A stretch of DNA of 63,600 nt, filler included, from Aduncisulcus paluster (taxonomy: Eukaryota): NCBI GenBank assembly GCA_024181965.1. It is 8 parts of 8 records of this genome, joined end to end, with 100 filler letters (N's around TTAATTAATTAA, not from the genome) between each part and the next. Parts side by side here need not be neighbours in the genome. Positions count along the whole stretch, not along the records: positions 23,667 to 42,934 come from BQXS01012310.1; positions 43,035 to 54,284 come from BQXS01012311.1; 6 more parts are not named here. One strand, 5' to 3'. The notes below the pieces were generated by a model. It worked only from the letters and a program-made list of their open reading frames with translations, had not been told where the DNA came from and ran no database searches. Below are positions 34,923-46,700 of the stretch, one piece after another (the first letter of the stretch is position 1; every line of letters starts with the position of its first letter). A program made the translations under genes and the position numbers.

Positions 34923-35438
34923 AGCAATACAACCCTTTATCTCACAAAGATACGCCACAATATATTCGATCAAGGGATATCGGGAGAATTGTTTAGTTGC
35001 CAACTGATATTTTTTATCAAATTTCATTGAAACTATCAAATTTAAAAGTACATATTTAAGAAATTAAGAAATTGGCCACCTTAGCTGTTCGTCTAATTGT
35101 TTATAGATCATGAATTTTAGTCGGCTAAATAAATGTTAAACTTCATTATATTTATTAATATGAAGTCTAACTTATCATTTTCCCATCAATTTTCTCAATT
35201 TTGTGAGGAGGCGTTCACCTAGTCTTTTGTCTCATTGCTCTTGTAGCCTTCTGGCTTTAGACAAAATATCTATCATCTTTAAAGACAGAAACGTTTATAT
35301 TGCCCTTTATTTATATTTGAAGTGACTGCCTGGCCTTCTCCCTATATACTTGGTTCAAGCCTATCTCTTCTCTGTCTATTAATTTTTATTTTCGTAAAAT
35401 TTCAACCCCTTAGAAAGTTTATCAATCTATTTCGGTTT

Positions 35439-36290
35439 ATGCCTAGTGAAAAGGCAGCTTGTGGTATCGGACATGCCGAGGAGGCAAATCTGAGATTCCG
35501 TAAACAAATGGAAGATGAATCCATCTTCCTCGATCCGATTAAAGGATCCTCTAAAGCAGGATTATTTGCTGTATTCGATGGTCATGGAGGCCGTGAAGTT
35601 TCTCATGAAGTTGCAGCCAGATTTCCAACAATTTTTCAAGACCACCTGCGTTCAGGGAGAACTCCAAACCCTGGAGTGGCTTTGCGACATACTATTAAAG
35701 AAATTGATGATGAATTGAAAACCCGCGAGTCTTGGGACTTTCAAGGCTGTACTGCATGCATTTGCTATATTTCTCGTGAAAAAGAACAATGGATTCAGCC
35801 AAGAGACCGTGGTTCTACAGGAAAAATGGGGCCTACCCCCCATGGAGCCATTCATTTCGCCAATGTTGGAGATAGTCGTGCTGTCTTATGTTCTGGTGGA
35901 CGCACGAAGCGAATGACTGAAGATCATAAGCCATATAATGCCGACGAAGTTGAGAGGATAAAACGAGCCGGTGGATTTGTTGTTCTTGGGAGAGTTCATG
36001 GTATGCTTGCTGTTTCTCGTGCTATTGGCGATCATGGACTCAAAAAGTTTGTTATTTCTGATCCCGATGTGTATACTCATGTTATTACTGATCAGGATGA
36101 ATTCCTCATCATTGCTTGTGATGGTGTATGGGATGTTATGAGTGATGAAGATGCTGTTGAGTGTGTGAGGTCTTCCCTTCGGAGTGAAAAGAGTCCACAA
36201 AAAGCTGCTCATAAATTAGCCGATAAAGCCATTAAAGCTCGAAGCCAGGATAATGTGTCTGTTTTGTTGGTCTTGTTGAAGGAGCTCTGA
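35439..36290 (+). CDS. Protein phosphatase 2C (PPM family)
   Basis: RKQMED, AVFDGHGG, ANVGDSRAVL, DHKP, LAVSRAIGD, IIACDGVWDV, SQDNVSV. Confidence 0.97.
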   Translation: MPSEKAACGIGHAEEANLRFRKQMEDESIFLDPIKGSSKAGLFAVFDGHGGREVSHEVAARFPTIFQDHLRSGRTPNPGVALRHTIKEIDDELKTRESWDFQGCTACICYISREKEQWIQPRDRGSTGKMGPTPHGAIHFANVGDSRAVLCSGGRTKRMTEDHKPYNADEVERIKRAGGFVVLGRVHGMLAVSRAIGDHGLKKFVISDPDVYTHVITDQDEFLIIACDGVWDVMSDEDAVECVRSSLRSEKSPQKAAHKLADKAIKARSQDNVSVLLVLLKEL

Positions 36291-36692
36291 AGAAGTAATA
36301 TGAAGGAAATTTGAATTATATGAATCAGTAAAATATTTTTTGATTATATTGGATGATTTTTTGAGTTTTGATATTCCGGCATATGACGAAAGGATTTTTC
36401 TCCATATGGCAGTTTTCGTAATTATTTGAGAAGTCATCATGTCCCAGATATTTTTAAAAGATAATAATGAAGATATTCCATCTGAAATTGAAGGTATGTT
36501 TTCAGCTGAATCTATCATTTCAATATAGTTTTTTTTTTTTCACCCTTTTTCGAACGCTTAGGGATCACCAACAATTTTATTGCAAATAATGTTTTATTCT
36601 AAATTGTATTACTCTTAATTTAATCGTTTGATTTTTCTATAATAGCTTTTTCGAAACATTCTCCCCATGAATGTCTCGATTCCCATTTTCCA

Positions 36693-39002
36693 ATGATTAA
36701 CCCCAAGGATAGAGAGCAAATTGATAAAGATCTAATCTCCTCTGACAAATATTTCACTTCAACTGATAAATTCGGTTCATGTTCCAGTTCAAAATCCGAT
36801 CCTCTCTTTGGGTATGGATATTCTTCTTGTCAGAAGCAGAGCCTATCGATTTCTTCACTTTCAAATGATTTGGAGTCTTCTAAATCTCCACTTTTTAAAT
36901 GCTGTTGTGATTTGCCAACCTCATCCACTGGTATAGAAGTCACTGAACCCTCTTCGGACATCAAAACGAAAAAAATAGAATTTAAAAAGCCCAGTGGAAC
37001 TCATAAAGATAGCATGATTATTGAAACTCCTGATAAATGTAGTTTCATATTTCGAAACCCATCAACGTTAACACGACGTTCATTCCCTATTCCTCCTTCC
37101 GGTTCTTCGACTTTATTTTCAAAATTTCCCAAGTTAAAATGCGTTAAACCAACCGACCACTCATCAAAACATCGCTCTTCGCACCTCGTAAATCAAGCAA
37201 AGGGATTATCATGTGCTCAGAAGGTCTGTGTGACTCCTGATCTTTCAAATCTCACTCTCTCAACGCTTTCCGCAGCAATTTCCTATGTGAATTATTTCCC
37301 CGATCTTCTTTCACCCGAAATATTTTCCCCTCTTATCCTTTCGTCATATAATTTCCTCGTCAAACAGACAAAGAAGAACATTTTAATTCGAGAGGTTGAG
37401 AGACTGAAGGAAAGTGGAATATTCGAAAAAATATTCACAAAAATCTCTTTGGCAGAAGCAGGGAAAAGGAGACACTCCGAGATACCTCAAACCCTTGAAA
37501 AAGAGATGGAAACTCGCCTCATCCCTCTCCAAAAATCGAAAGAAGACAAGAACAAGGGTTTACCCAGGGTTAAAATGCCTCTTTATGAGGCTTTCCTTGA
37601 AAGATCCCCGAAAGTTCCCAAAAGTGGTTTATTCCGCCTTTCTTCATTATCATCACCGCTTCAAAAAGTTCAATTTCCATATTGTAAAAAAGGACTCCTA
37701 TTTCCTTCCTTACTTGCCGATTTTGTGAAAATGTATGAAACTGAATGTGTTGAGCTTTCCAAATGGATTAGAAAAAACAAGAAAACCTATCCACAAACGA
37801 TTTATTTGTTTTCATGTGACGATGTGGCTTCATTTTCTTCAAGAGTTTCCCCTCATGTCTTCTTGGATCTGCGTGTTTTGTCTTGTGAACATTATTATCA
37901 ACTGAAATCTACTTTTCCTCTATTTTCTACATCTTCCATTATCACCGCTTCAACAGGAAATTCGGATATTGTGATGTTTCCGCTCTTACCAAGGCTTCTC
38001 TCAGACTGTCCAACACATTTCGTTCCATCTTCTTTCCTTCCCTTAATCCAGGCCTCATATAAATGTATATATGATCTCAAAAAACAACCAACTCCTAGCC
38101 ATTTCTCTGATTCATTTCCTTCCATTTCTTCCCCATCTTTGTCGCAGATAACTTCCCATACCGGCCACCAACTTATCCACCAGTACCCATTCTTCTATGG
38201 AAATTGGCTCCGGCATCCACTTGTTCTTGGAAGTATTGATGATGCAATGAAAATGGAACTAACTCAGCCCTGGAGCTCTTCTATCCATTCTTTTCATGGC
38301 TCATTTCATTCTGACGCCTCAGATCTCGAACTATCGACCCATCATTCCAATTCATCCGTGTTCTTTCATCCTGTTGTCGTTGCTGGCTTTCCATTCCTTA
38401 ATTCTCAGAATATTCCAAAAATCCCCATTGTTTATATGGAATTGGTCCAGAATGAGGAGGGATTACAATGGAATGAGACTGATACAACCGCTGCTGTGTA
38501 TATTTGGGAGGTGGCAAAAGTTAAAAATGGGTCAAAGCGAGTATTCGCTCCACAATTTCCCACTTCATCAAACCAAAAACAGAAATTGAAGATGGCAAAA
38601 GCGATCAAGTCCTTCGGTTCCTTATTTTCAACTGCAATGATTCGTGGATCAACTTGTCTATCAAGCAAACAGCTTCAAGAAGAAGAGGTACAAACTTTAA
38701 AGTGCTTATTTAGATCTAATGAGGCCAATAAGATGAAAGAAATTACCGAACCAGCATTATATTTATTTGCAGCCATGATTGTTCATTCTTTGGCTGAAGA
38801 TTCCTTCATTGATTTCATCTATTCCACTGTAAAAATGGAAAGTTTAAAGAATATTGATGTTTCAGAGGCATTTTTAAAAATGGATTCTTTTCTTTCAGCA
38901 CAAATCAAGGAGTGTCATCAAGATCCTGAACGTCTTCTCAGATTAAACCAACTCTCTTTGTTCTTAGAAATTTGGATGCAAATATATAAAGAAATTGAAT
39001 AA
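36693..39002 (+). CDS. Hypothetical protein, 769 aa, Ser-rich
   Basis: Long ATG-initiated ORF flanked by AT-rich intergenic DNA; no motif recognised. Confidence 0.75.
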   Translation: MINPKDREQIDKDLISSDKYFTSTDKFGSCSSSKSDPLFGYGYSSCQKQSLSISSLSNDLESSKSPLFKCCCDLPTSSTGIEVTEPSSDIKTKKIEFKKPSGTHKDSMIIETPDKCSFIFRNPSTLTRRSFPIPPSGSSTLFSKFPKLKCVKPTDHSSKHRSSHLVNQAKGLSCAQKVCVTPDLSNLTLSTLSAAISYVNYFPDLLSPEIFSPLILSSYNFLVKQTKKNILIREVERLKESGIFEKIFTKISLAEAGKRRHSEIPQTLEKEMETRLIPLQKSKEDKNKGLPRVKMPLYEAFLERSPKVPKSGLFRLSSLSSPLQKVQFPYCKKGLLFPSLLADFVKMYETECVELSKWIRKNKKTYPQTIYLFSCDDVASFSSRVSPHVFLDLRVLSCEHYYQLKSTFPLFSTSSIITASTGNSDIVMFPLLPRLLSDCPTHFVPSSFLPLIQASYKCIYDLKKQPTPSHFSDSFPSISSPSLSQITSHTGHQLIHQYPFFYGNWLRHPLVLGSIDDAMKMELTQPWSSSIHSFHGSFHSDASDLELSTHHSNSSVFFHPVVVAGFPFLNSQNIPKIPIVYMELVQNEEGLQWNETDTTAAVYIWEVAKVKNGSKRVFAPQFPTSSNQKQKLKMAKAIKSFGSLFSTAMIRGSTCLSSKQLQEEEVQTLKCLFRSNEANKMKEITEPALYLFAAMIVHSLAEDSFIDFIYSTVKMESLKNIDVSEAFLKMDSFLSAQIKECHQDPERLLRLNQLSLFLEIWMQIYKEIE

Positions 39003-39225
39003 ATGACAAAAACAAGTCGAAAATGGCTTATCTTGAGTGAAAAAGAGTAGTTGAATTCCTATCAAAAATATCTAAAAATAGAATATAAAATATTGTTTTA
39101 TAATTTAAATATTATAGTAATTTATTATATTTAAATTATAAATTATTTTAAAATATAAATTTCAATATTCTAAATATAGTTATTTTCATCAGCTTTGTTT
39201 GTTTTTGTCTACAAGAAGAAACAAT

Positions 39226-39582
39226 ATGGCAGAATATGAAGATTTTCGAAGTATTGAAGAGACTGAAAAAAAATTGGAAAATGAATTTCAGAGCTTTCAA
39301 CTTGGAAAGCTAGGTGTTTTCGGCGAGAGAAAAGAAACTCAGGATATTGTTGAGAGAATGGAAAAAGTAAGACAAGACCAAGTTTCTATTGCGAAGTATC
39401 AAATCGAAGCTGAATCTGCCTTTCCTCGTCTTGGAGTTGATGGAACTAAAGATGACAGTTTTCCTGCTCATCATTTTTCCGATGTTAAAATGGATATTGG
39501 AAGGATGGAAGAACACATACAAGTATTAAGTGAAAGAGTAGATATACTCTTAAAAGATTTTACTGAGATTAAACCAGAATAA
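39226..39582 (+). CDS. CCDC28-like small coiled-coil protein
   Basis: IEETEKKLENEFQSFQLGKLGVFGE...VERMEKVRQDQVSIAK parallels the CCDC28 core (EMERGLLxLLNDFHSGKLQAFG...EQMEHVRxMQEKLAR). Confidence 0.6.
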   Translation: MAEYEDFRSIEETEKKLENEFQSFQLGKLGVFGERKETQDIVERMEKVRQDQVSIAKYQIEAESAFPRLGVDGTKDDSFPAHHFSDVKMDIGRMEEHIQVLSERVDILLKDFTEIKPE

Positions 39583-40432
39583 TAATATTTAGAATTTTTT
39601 TCTTCTGACACTGGTATACGATATTCATTATGTTCCTCTTCTGATGATTTTTTTTTATGGCTTCTCTGAAACTTCTTTTTATCTATCCACCTCATTAGTA
39701 ATCATTCCCCATTGGATAGTTACGATAGGTACTTTTTCCTATCAAACATCTTTCAGATATGAGAATCAGGAATTTCCTGAAGAGGAATCACTTCATGTTT
39801 TGAAATGAATGAATGATTCATATCTTTTCAATGTTTTTATCTGATCGATATTCCATTCATGACTTAAATCAATCATCGTCATTTTTTGGATATTCATAGA
39901 TTATCATTGTGCATTTGAAAAAAAAAAAATTTAAAAGAAAACATTGGCTAGGCATAATAAGTAAATTGTCACTTTTCTCAACACCATCTCTTTTCTGTTC
40001 TATTTTTGGATTACTAACCAATCCTTGATTTTCTTTGCATCATTCAATCTATTGATTCGCTAATTGGTAATTTTATTTATTATCGAGCTGCTTGAGTCTT
40101 TAGACTGAGTGTTACTGAGGTGAGACTCTGGAGTGATTGATTAATACCAATTATGTTCTCCTCTTTTCCTAGCCTCAATATTTCTTGGATGGTTGAGTTT
40201 CTTTTGAAATTCCCATTCTTCCCCTGTAATTTCATAGACCTGGTGAGAGAATTTCTCATTGATACTATGGTCAAAACCTACTCGGGAGATTTTAATTAAG
40301 ATCATTCCTATAATTCGAGCAATAAATGTGATTAGTGGCTAAGTATTGATAGTTTTTGGTATTACTCTATTAATATATCATTACATTATGATTATGTTTT
40401 GGTATTCCATTTATCAAGTATTTTGGCGTAGA

Positions 40433-41105
40433 ATGAAAGATTTTATTCAAGAATTGCTCAAAAAGAACGAAACTATTAAAAAAAAAGAACTATATTTCAG
40501 TTCTTCTCCATTATCACCGGCGGATCCTCGAGGATTACCCTATCAAATTGGAATGATTGCAGCTGATGGATTCATGCAAGGGTCAATGATTGCGTGCTCA
40601 TCAATAGCGGTAAACACCATATTATCTTCATTAATTAAAAAGAAAGAAGAAACATTTAAGGATATCATAAAAAATTCTCTCAAAGTTGGAATGAGATTCG
40701 CTTGTAGAACATGTATGTAATTTTTTTTTCTCTCTCTCCTATAATGGAATCTTTGTAACTTATATTATATATATATATATGCTTGTTTCTATCATTCTTT
40801 TCGAAGGGATTACATCAGGAACTACGTTAACCATAAATAGATGTACAAAGTCCGTTGGAACTGTGAATAATGTAATTGGTAGTTTTTGTGGAGTATCTGC
40901 TTTGTCTTTATTTACATTTAAATCCTGGTCAGGAGCAGTCGTTGATGGCGTTGTGGGATCTTTACCCACAGTAGCTTATGATTCCTTACTGTCTCCCATC
41001 CCAATGCCTCTTAATACTAATTTCTCAGATGAAGTGAATGATTGGTGGTTAGAAAAAACAAGAAGAGTCAAACAGTCAATTCTTCAACTCTTCCGGAAGA
41101 AATAG
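40433..41105 (+). CDS. Divergent Tim17/Tim22/Tim23-family translocase subunit, 2 exons
   Basis: Intron 40713-40806 (GTATGT...AAG) gives GMRFACRTWITSGTTLTINRCTKSVGTVNNVIGSFCG, which aligns without gaps to the Tim17 motif GGxFAxWGGLFSTxDCxxxxxRKxEDxWNxIIAGxxxG; Gly-rich TM segments. Confidence 0.6.
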
Positions 41106-41598
41106 CCGGTCCAGGTTCAATTTTGGCAAGTATTCTTGTGCTCGTCTAAAGAGGCCGTCTTAAGAATTTACTTGTTTGTTTTTGCATTCATTGTTTCCAT
41201 TGCTCTCTATTAAGCCCTTGTTGATCAATGGTGTTGTCACAACAAACTCTACGGTAGATTATCACATGCTTCAAGATGGATTTTTCTCTCTAGCATTCGT
41301 GGAGTTGACTTATATTGAAATAATACTGGTACTAATGTTAATATTAGGGCCCCATGAGAGATGAATTGAGCTGCCAGCTAAAGCAGTGCATTTTGAATGA
41401 TCAGCCTGATTATTAATATGATCTGGCAAGAAATTCAATTAATATCCAATAAAAATAGCATATTTTTCCTGTATTTTTTGTTACCAAATTTGTTTTTATT
41501 ATAGCCAAAAAAACAGTCGGTCTGAAATTTCGGGTTTGACTGAAACAAGACATTTTAAAAAAAATTTAATAAGATTTTTCGTATAAATTTTACTAATT

Positions 41599-42934
41599 AT
41601 GAAAAGTGATAAAAATATTTGGCTTCAAAGACGTCAACGACGCCAGCAAGCACGTGAACGTGCTCTAAGTGATGAACCTGAAGTTAGATCTTCATCTCCA
41701 AAGCATGACCACGAGCCCCCTTCAAAATTTATTCCCAGTACACCAGTATGTTTTTGATTTTATTATGATTGGTTTTTTTTTTGCAAATATTTGTGTTTTT
41801 ACCTAATTTTATTCTGTTGGATACATTTTTTTTATTGTTGCTTAATATTTAGCCAAAAACTAGATATTCTCCACCTCTAGAAGACCCAATTTCTCCCCCT
41901 CAGCGATCTTATTCACCAGACACTTCAAAACCTCAAATTTCTCATTCTGATCATCGAAGTGGACCGAATTATGAATCATACAGTCCAACCAGACATCCTG
42001 TACATAAATTTGGCGCTGCTGTCGGCAGTCCTGGAGGTCGTTTCCGTCATGATTTATTAGACCCTTCCGAGAGAGAAAGAAGAACTCAAATCGAAGCTAA
42101 AAGGGCGGAACAAAAGCGAATATTACAAGAACAAATGGATGAAAAAAAGAGACGAGAACGGGAAAGGAAAGAGAAAGAGCGTGCGGAGGAAGAAAAGGCT
42201 CAGAAACAATATGAAAAACAGCTGGAAAAAATTCGCAAAAGAGAAGAAGAAATTGCAAGGAAAGAGGAAGAGAAAAAAGCGGCACGCGTTTCTATGCAAG
42301 AAGCTCTTGAAATTGCCCAATCAGCTCCTTCTGAATCATCTTCATCTCACCCTTCCGTCCGTAGAAGACAAAAAAGGTCCTTAGAGAGTGAAAAAAAGAC
42401 ATATGAAGCTAAGCAACCATCAGAGTCTTCTTCCCGACCATCACGATGGGAATCCATGAAACAGCCTGCTCGAGAAGAACCAATTGAGCGAGAAGATAGA
42501 GATTTCAATCGAATGAATAGAGAGATACCTCCAAAATCCCATCCTTCAAGGACACGTGATTCCATGCCCATGGATGTTTCTGGGCAAAGTTCAATGAATG
42601 TGTCATTTCTGCTTCACGAACTCACAAACATGAAAACAGAGATGCTGAGTCTGAAGATGGACATGAATCGTCGATTGGAGGAGAAGGATCGTGAGGTTGA
42701 GAGAGTCAAGGAAAGGTTTGTTCAAGAACAAAAAGAACTAGAGAAGAAATGGGAAGCAAGAGAAAAGGAATTACTTTCAAAGGTTGAAAAAAAACAACGA
42801 GAAGTTGAGAAATTTATGAAACGCGAACAGCATCGCCGCCATCAACGTTCAGGGATGAGACTTCTCGATGAATATGACGAGGAAGAGGATTATGAATCTT
42901 CTCTCCCGACTTCAGCCCCTTCATCAAATCAGTA
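41599..42934 (+). CDS. Coiled-coil protein with a CCDC66/CSPP1-like segment, 2 exons, 3' partial
   Basis: Intron 41746-41852, phase 0; LLDPSERERRTQIEAKRAEQKRILQEQMDEKKRR resembles the CCDC66 domain. Confidence 0.5.
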
Positions 42935-43034
42935 NNNNNNNNNNNNNNNNNNNNNNNNNNNNNNNNNNNNNNNNNNNNTTAATTAATTAANNNNNNNNNN
43001 NNNNNNNNNNNNNNNNNNNNNNNNNNNNNNNNNN
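42935..43034. other. Artificial contig spacer
   Basis: N44-TTAATTAATTAA-N44. Confidence 0.97.
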
Positions 43035-43530
43035 TCGTTGGTCTTGCTTCTATGCTGCCCTCGATGTCTCAGCTACATCCGTCAATCAGTTCTTCCAATA
43101 GAGCATCTTCTACATCAGACTCACATAATCAGCCTGGAGAGAGGAAAAACTGGGCAAAGAGCTTTTATGCTGCTCTTTCGTCATTCAAGCCGGACACGGC
43201 TGGCGGCCCGGATGGAATCTCTTCGGATCTCTTAGCTTATTGTAGCCTTATGGGAAAGGATTTATTCAAAGCATCCCTCAAGGATGTAATCCTTGGATTG
43301 TGTAAGTTTGGAGTTCCCGCCTTCGGGCATTTGGGAGTGTCCTTTATGTGTAGGAAGCCTGGAAAACTAAAGACTGATGTCAAAGGATATCGTCCCATTG
43401 TGGTAAAATCGATCTTTACAAGATTGGTCTCTAAAACCCTTGTGAACGCATATCAGGTGGAATTGCAAAATATGCTACCCCCATCCCAAGCCTGCTTTGG
43501 TGTTAAAGATGGGACTTTGAAACATCTGTC
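43035..43530 (+). mobile_element. Non-LTR retrotransposon reverse transcriptase fragment (RT motifs 0-2), truncated before the catalytic YxDD
   Basis: TAGGPDGIS (motif 0), CRKPGK (motif 1), GYRPIVVKSIFTRLVSK (motif 2), SQACFGV (motif 2a). Confidence 0.85.
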
Positions 43531-43548
43531 TTATATTGATTGTATCTC

Positions 43549-43584
43549 CTCTGTAGGTTGCAGGTTCAAGTCCTGCTGTGTCCG
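43549..43584 (+). pseudogene. 3' half of a tRNA (Arg-like)
   Basis: Variable loop AGGTT, T-arm GCAGG-TTCAAGT-CCTGC, acceptor strand TGTGTCC-G, then a T run like a Pol III terminator; no 5' half. Confidence 0.65.
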
Positions 43585-43603
43585 AATTTTTCTTCAGAAA
43601 AAT

Positions 43604-43652
43604 ATCGCCCACGGACTTGAACTTATCTGCTTCCCTCCTGATCCGTAGTCGT
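43604..43652 (-). pseudogene. Degenerate tRNA-Arg(ACG)-derived sequence
   Basis: Minus strand GACTACGGATCAGGAG (Arg-ACG anticodon-arm signature) ... GTTCAAGTCC (B-box-like) ... TTTTT. Confidence 0.45.
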
Positions 43653-43723
43653 AAACTTTACTCGTGGAAACGACAATCACTGTTTACTCTATAAAAAATC
43701 AAACATCACAATTCCAATCATCC

Positions 43724-46700
43724 CTAAATTTTTCCGACGTGTCCACCATACTTCTTTCTTTGTTCAGAAACAATAGTCTCAATTCTTGGATGTTTCCAAC
43801 CCTGTCCAATACTTGGTAATAAGTATTTGATAGGTGTAACCAGTAGACGAGCAGTATTAACAGTTATTCGTTTCTCGTGATCTCGATGGGTGAGACCTGT
43901 GAATATTTCATTCAGAATTCGATAAACTGGTATGAATTTCCCTCCATCGATTGTCAAAAGAGAGGAGAAAAGAGGAGAAGATAATAGTTTTGGTAATCTA
44001 TCCTTTTCCATTAAAGTCATAAGGGAATCAACAAACTCCAATTTGGAAGAGATTCCCCGTAAAGTTGGCATTCGAAGGAAAGGATCACAACACAAGAACA
44101 AACCAAGAATAGAAATTCCAAGCGAATAGGCATCGGTTTTTTGATCTTGGATTCCCTGCAGAGCTTCATATGAGTTATACACAAGAGATTCAAATTCGGA
44201 TCGCATCGAGCCTGCAGAGAACAACGTGGAAGACCGCGATGAAGATACGAAGCTTTTGGCAAAAGGAGAAGATGAGATTGAATCGTGTATTTTCAAAATT
44301 CCAATATCAGAAAGAACAACGGCACATTCTCCATTTTTGGAATCAACTCGAACAAGGAAATTATTAGGTTTAATGTCTCCATGAACAAGATTTGGTTTAG
44401 CCGTGAACACATCATCAAGACACTCGATCATCCCAACACATAACGAACACACTTTCACAGGGTTCAGTGTCATCGGGTCAAAGTCAAATCCAGCAGGTCC
44501 ACATCCTTGACCATCAGAAAGAAAGCTTGATTCGGAATCCTCTTCCTCATCTTTCAGTTGTATCACATACTTGCCATCAGCACACCAACGCTTGGCAAAC
44601 GCACTCACACTGCCTCCAACACAAAATTCCATGACAAATCCATAAACACCCTTCATATCGGCATCAAGCAGGTCAAGGATATACAGAGGGCGTAAAATAC
44701 GCTTGAAACATTTTGGATTTGCATAAAATTTCATTTGAGATTTAAATTCTTTTCGACAACCCTTCACAACTTTTTCATCAGCAAAACTAAGGATCTTCTT
44801 AAGAATACATGGAATAGGTATTCCAGCAACTTTTAGAAGAAGAATCTCTCCAAATCTACCATTACTAATGATGCACTGAGGAGTGATATCTTTTGACGAT
44901 ACTATCGTAAACGAATTTAATTGTTTTTTATAAGTATAAATGGTATCTTGTTTTCCATCTTCAATAAAATGTCCAGTTCCTTTCACAGGCTTACTCAATG
45001 GCTTTGGAATTGACGAAGTTTGGAGAGCTCTCATACTTTGAATAGGATTTCCATTCCGAACAAACAAAAGAGTATAAATTGTTGACGCTGATGTGGGTTC
45101 TATCTGACATCCATTCGTCTCAATTGAACACGAGGTCACATCAGAGAGATCAATAGGGAGGAAATACCATTCAAACACACAGATTAGGGGTTTAAAACAA
45201 TATGATATTTTTGAATTCTCCTTCTTTGTTTTTTTGACATGTGTAAAAGTAAATGTAAAGCGAGATGCACTCTTGTTCTTATGGAGACAAGTATACACAC
45301 CTTTCAGGGAAGAAGGTTGTGAGAAAGGAATGGAAAGATATGAAGTACAAACCGTACCTTTTCCAGTTAACATTGCACGGGCATCAGCAGTTTTGTCTTC
45401 TAGTTTTTTTCCATTTTTCTGAATCCAAGCACAAGCGTTTTGAATTATTGGATGAACAATTTGAGGATTAGTTTTCTTAAGGGGAAGGGAAAGAGGGGGA
45501 CCTGTGTGAACAAATACCGGAGAAACGGATTTGGAGAGAGAAAATGGACCAAGTGAAGAGGAAGAGGAAGATGATAGAGATTTAGATGCTTCAGCAACAC
45601 TCGAACAAGGTGCTATTTTTGGATCTGGGACCGATTTTGTTATCAACCATTGTGGTATTTGTGGTAATCCGACAGGCATTTTTGGACTATTTTGAACGAA
45701 CATGAGTGAATTGATTACGCAATGATCCTTCCTCCTCCTGCTTGATAAAATCTCAGTGCCTTGAAGCTCGCAATAAACAATATCAAACAAACAAATTGGA
45801 TGAAAATACCATCGATAGGCCAGTTTAGAACTCTTTCTCTTTCCTTTGGCGGAATTGAATGACACTTTGTATCGTTTACAAGTCTTAGTTCCATTGGAAT
45901 GGGTGAAAATGAAGGTCAAAATTCGAGCTGATTGATTAGGTGTTCTGACTTGACACGTGAAAGCCCCATGAATTGAAGTTTTCGAGGAGAATGGAATTTC
46001 AAGATGAGAAAATGCGACACCACTTCCAGAAATAAGCATTTTCTGAACTTCTTGAAGTTTTAATTCAACAGATTTGGGTTTAATCTTATCTTTCGCAACA
46101 ATCAGTCGGTGATTCATAGAAATGATCTGAGGATTCTTTCGAGATATTGGACATTTTGATGGAGTTCCGTATTTCAGGAAAATGGACTTGCACGATTCTA
46201 TTTTGGGGTTCGTTTCTATTTTAGGGCTCGATTCAACTTTTGGATCATCATTATTCATGAAAACTAAAGACTCCATAGAAAAATTCGAACACATTTGTTT
46301 AGACTTCACTTCTGAGAAAATGTCACATAAAACAACATTAGACAAGCAAATAGGAAGGAAAAACCAACAAAATCCACCTTTTGGCGCAGTGAATTTGTAT
46401 TTCTTGGATGTTTTTTCTCCATTCGAAGCAGTAAACTCGAAAATTAGAGAAATTGGATTTGAACAAGTGAACAATGCCATATTAATACAGATATAGGCAC
46501 CTTTCATTGATGAGGGATGAAAAGGAAGAGTCATTCGAAGACAGGCAATCTTGCTGGAACCATTGAGAAACTTTTGTAAAGTTGCTTTTGGAAGCTGTTT
46601 CACTCCTTCTTTTCTCATCAAAGAGATAAAATATTTTGATTCTTTCTCATTAAAAATAGATTCGACAATTCTTGGATCATTCCTCGGAATGGGAATATCC

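Noticed and set aside
35322..35438. N-terminal signal or TM extension on PP2C
   Set aside because: Requires a GTG start; the sequence is AT-rich UTR-like and the first ATG (35439) sits just before the catalytic domain.
39590..40300. Possible minus-strand gene or snoRNA between the CCDC28-like and Tim17-like genes
   Set aside because: Only short ORFs, no spliceable GTATGT intron found and no convincing box motifs.
41125..41175. Hairpin followed by a T-rich run resembling an intrinsic terminator
   Set aside because: Eukaryotic 3' UTR context with an imperfect AT-rich stem; likely chance.
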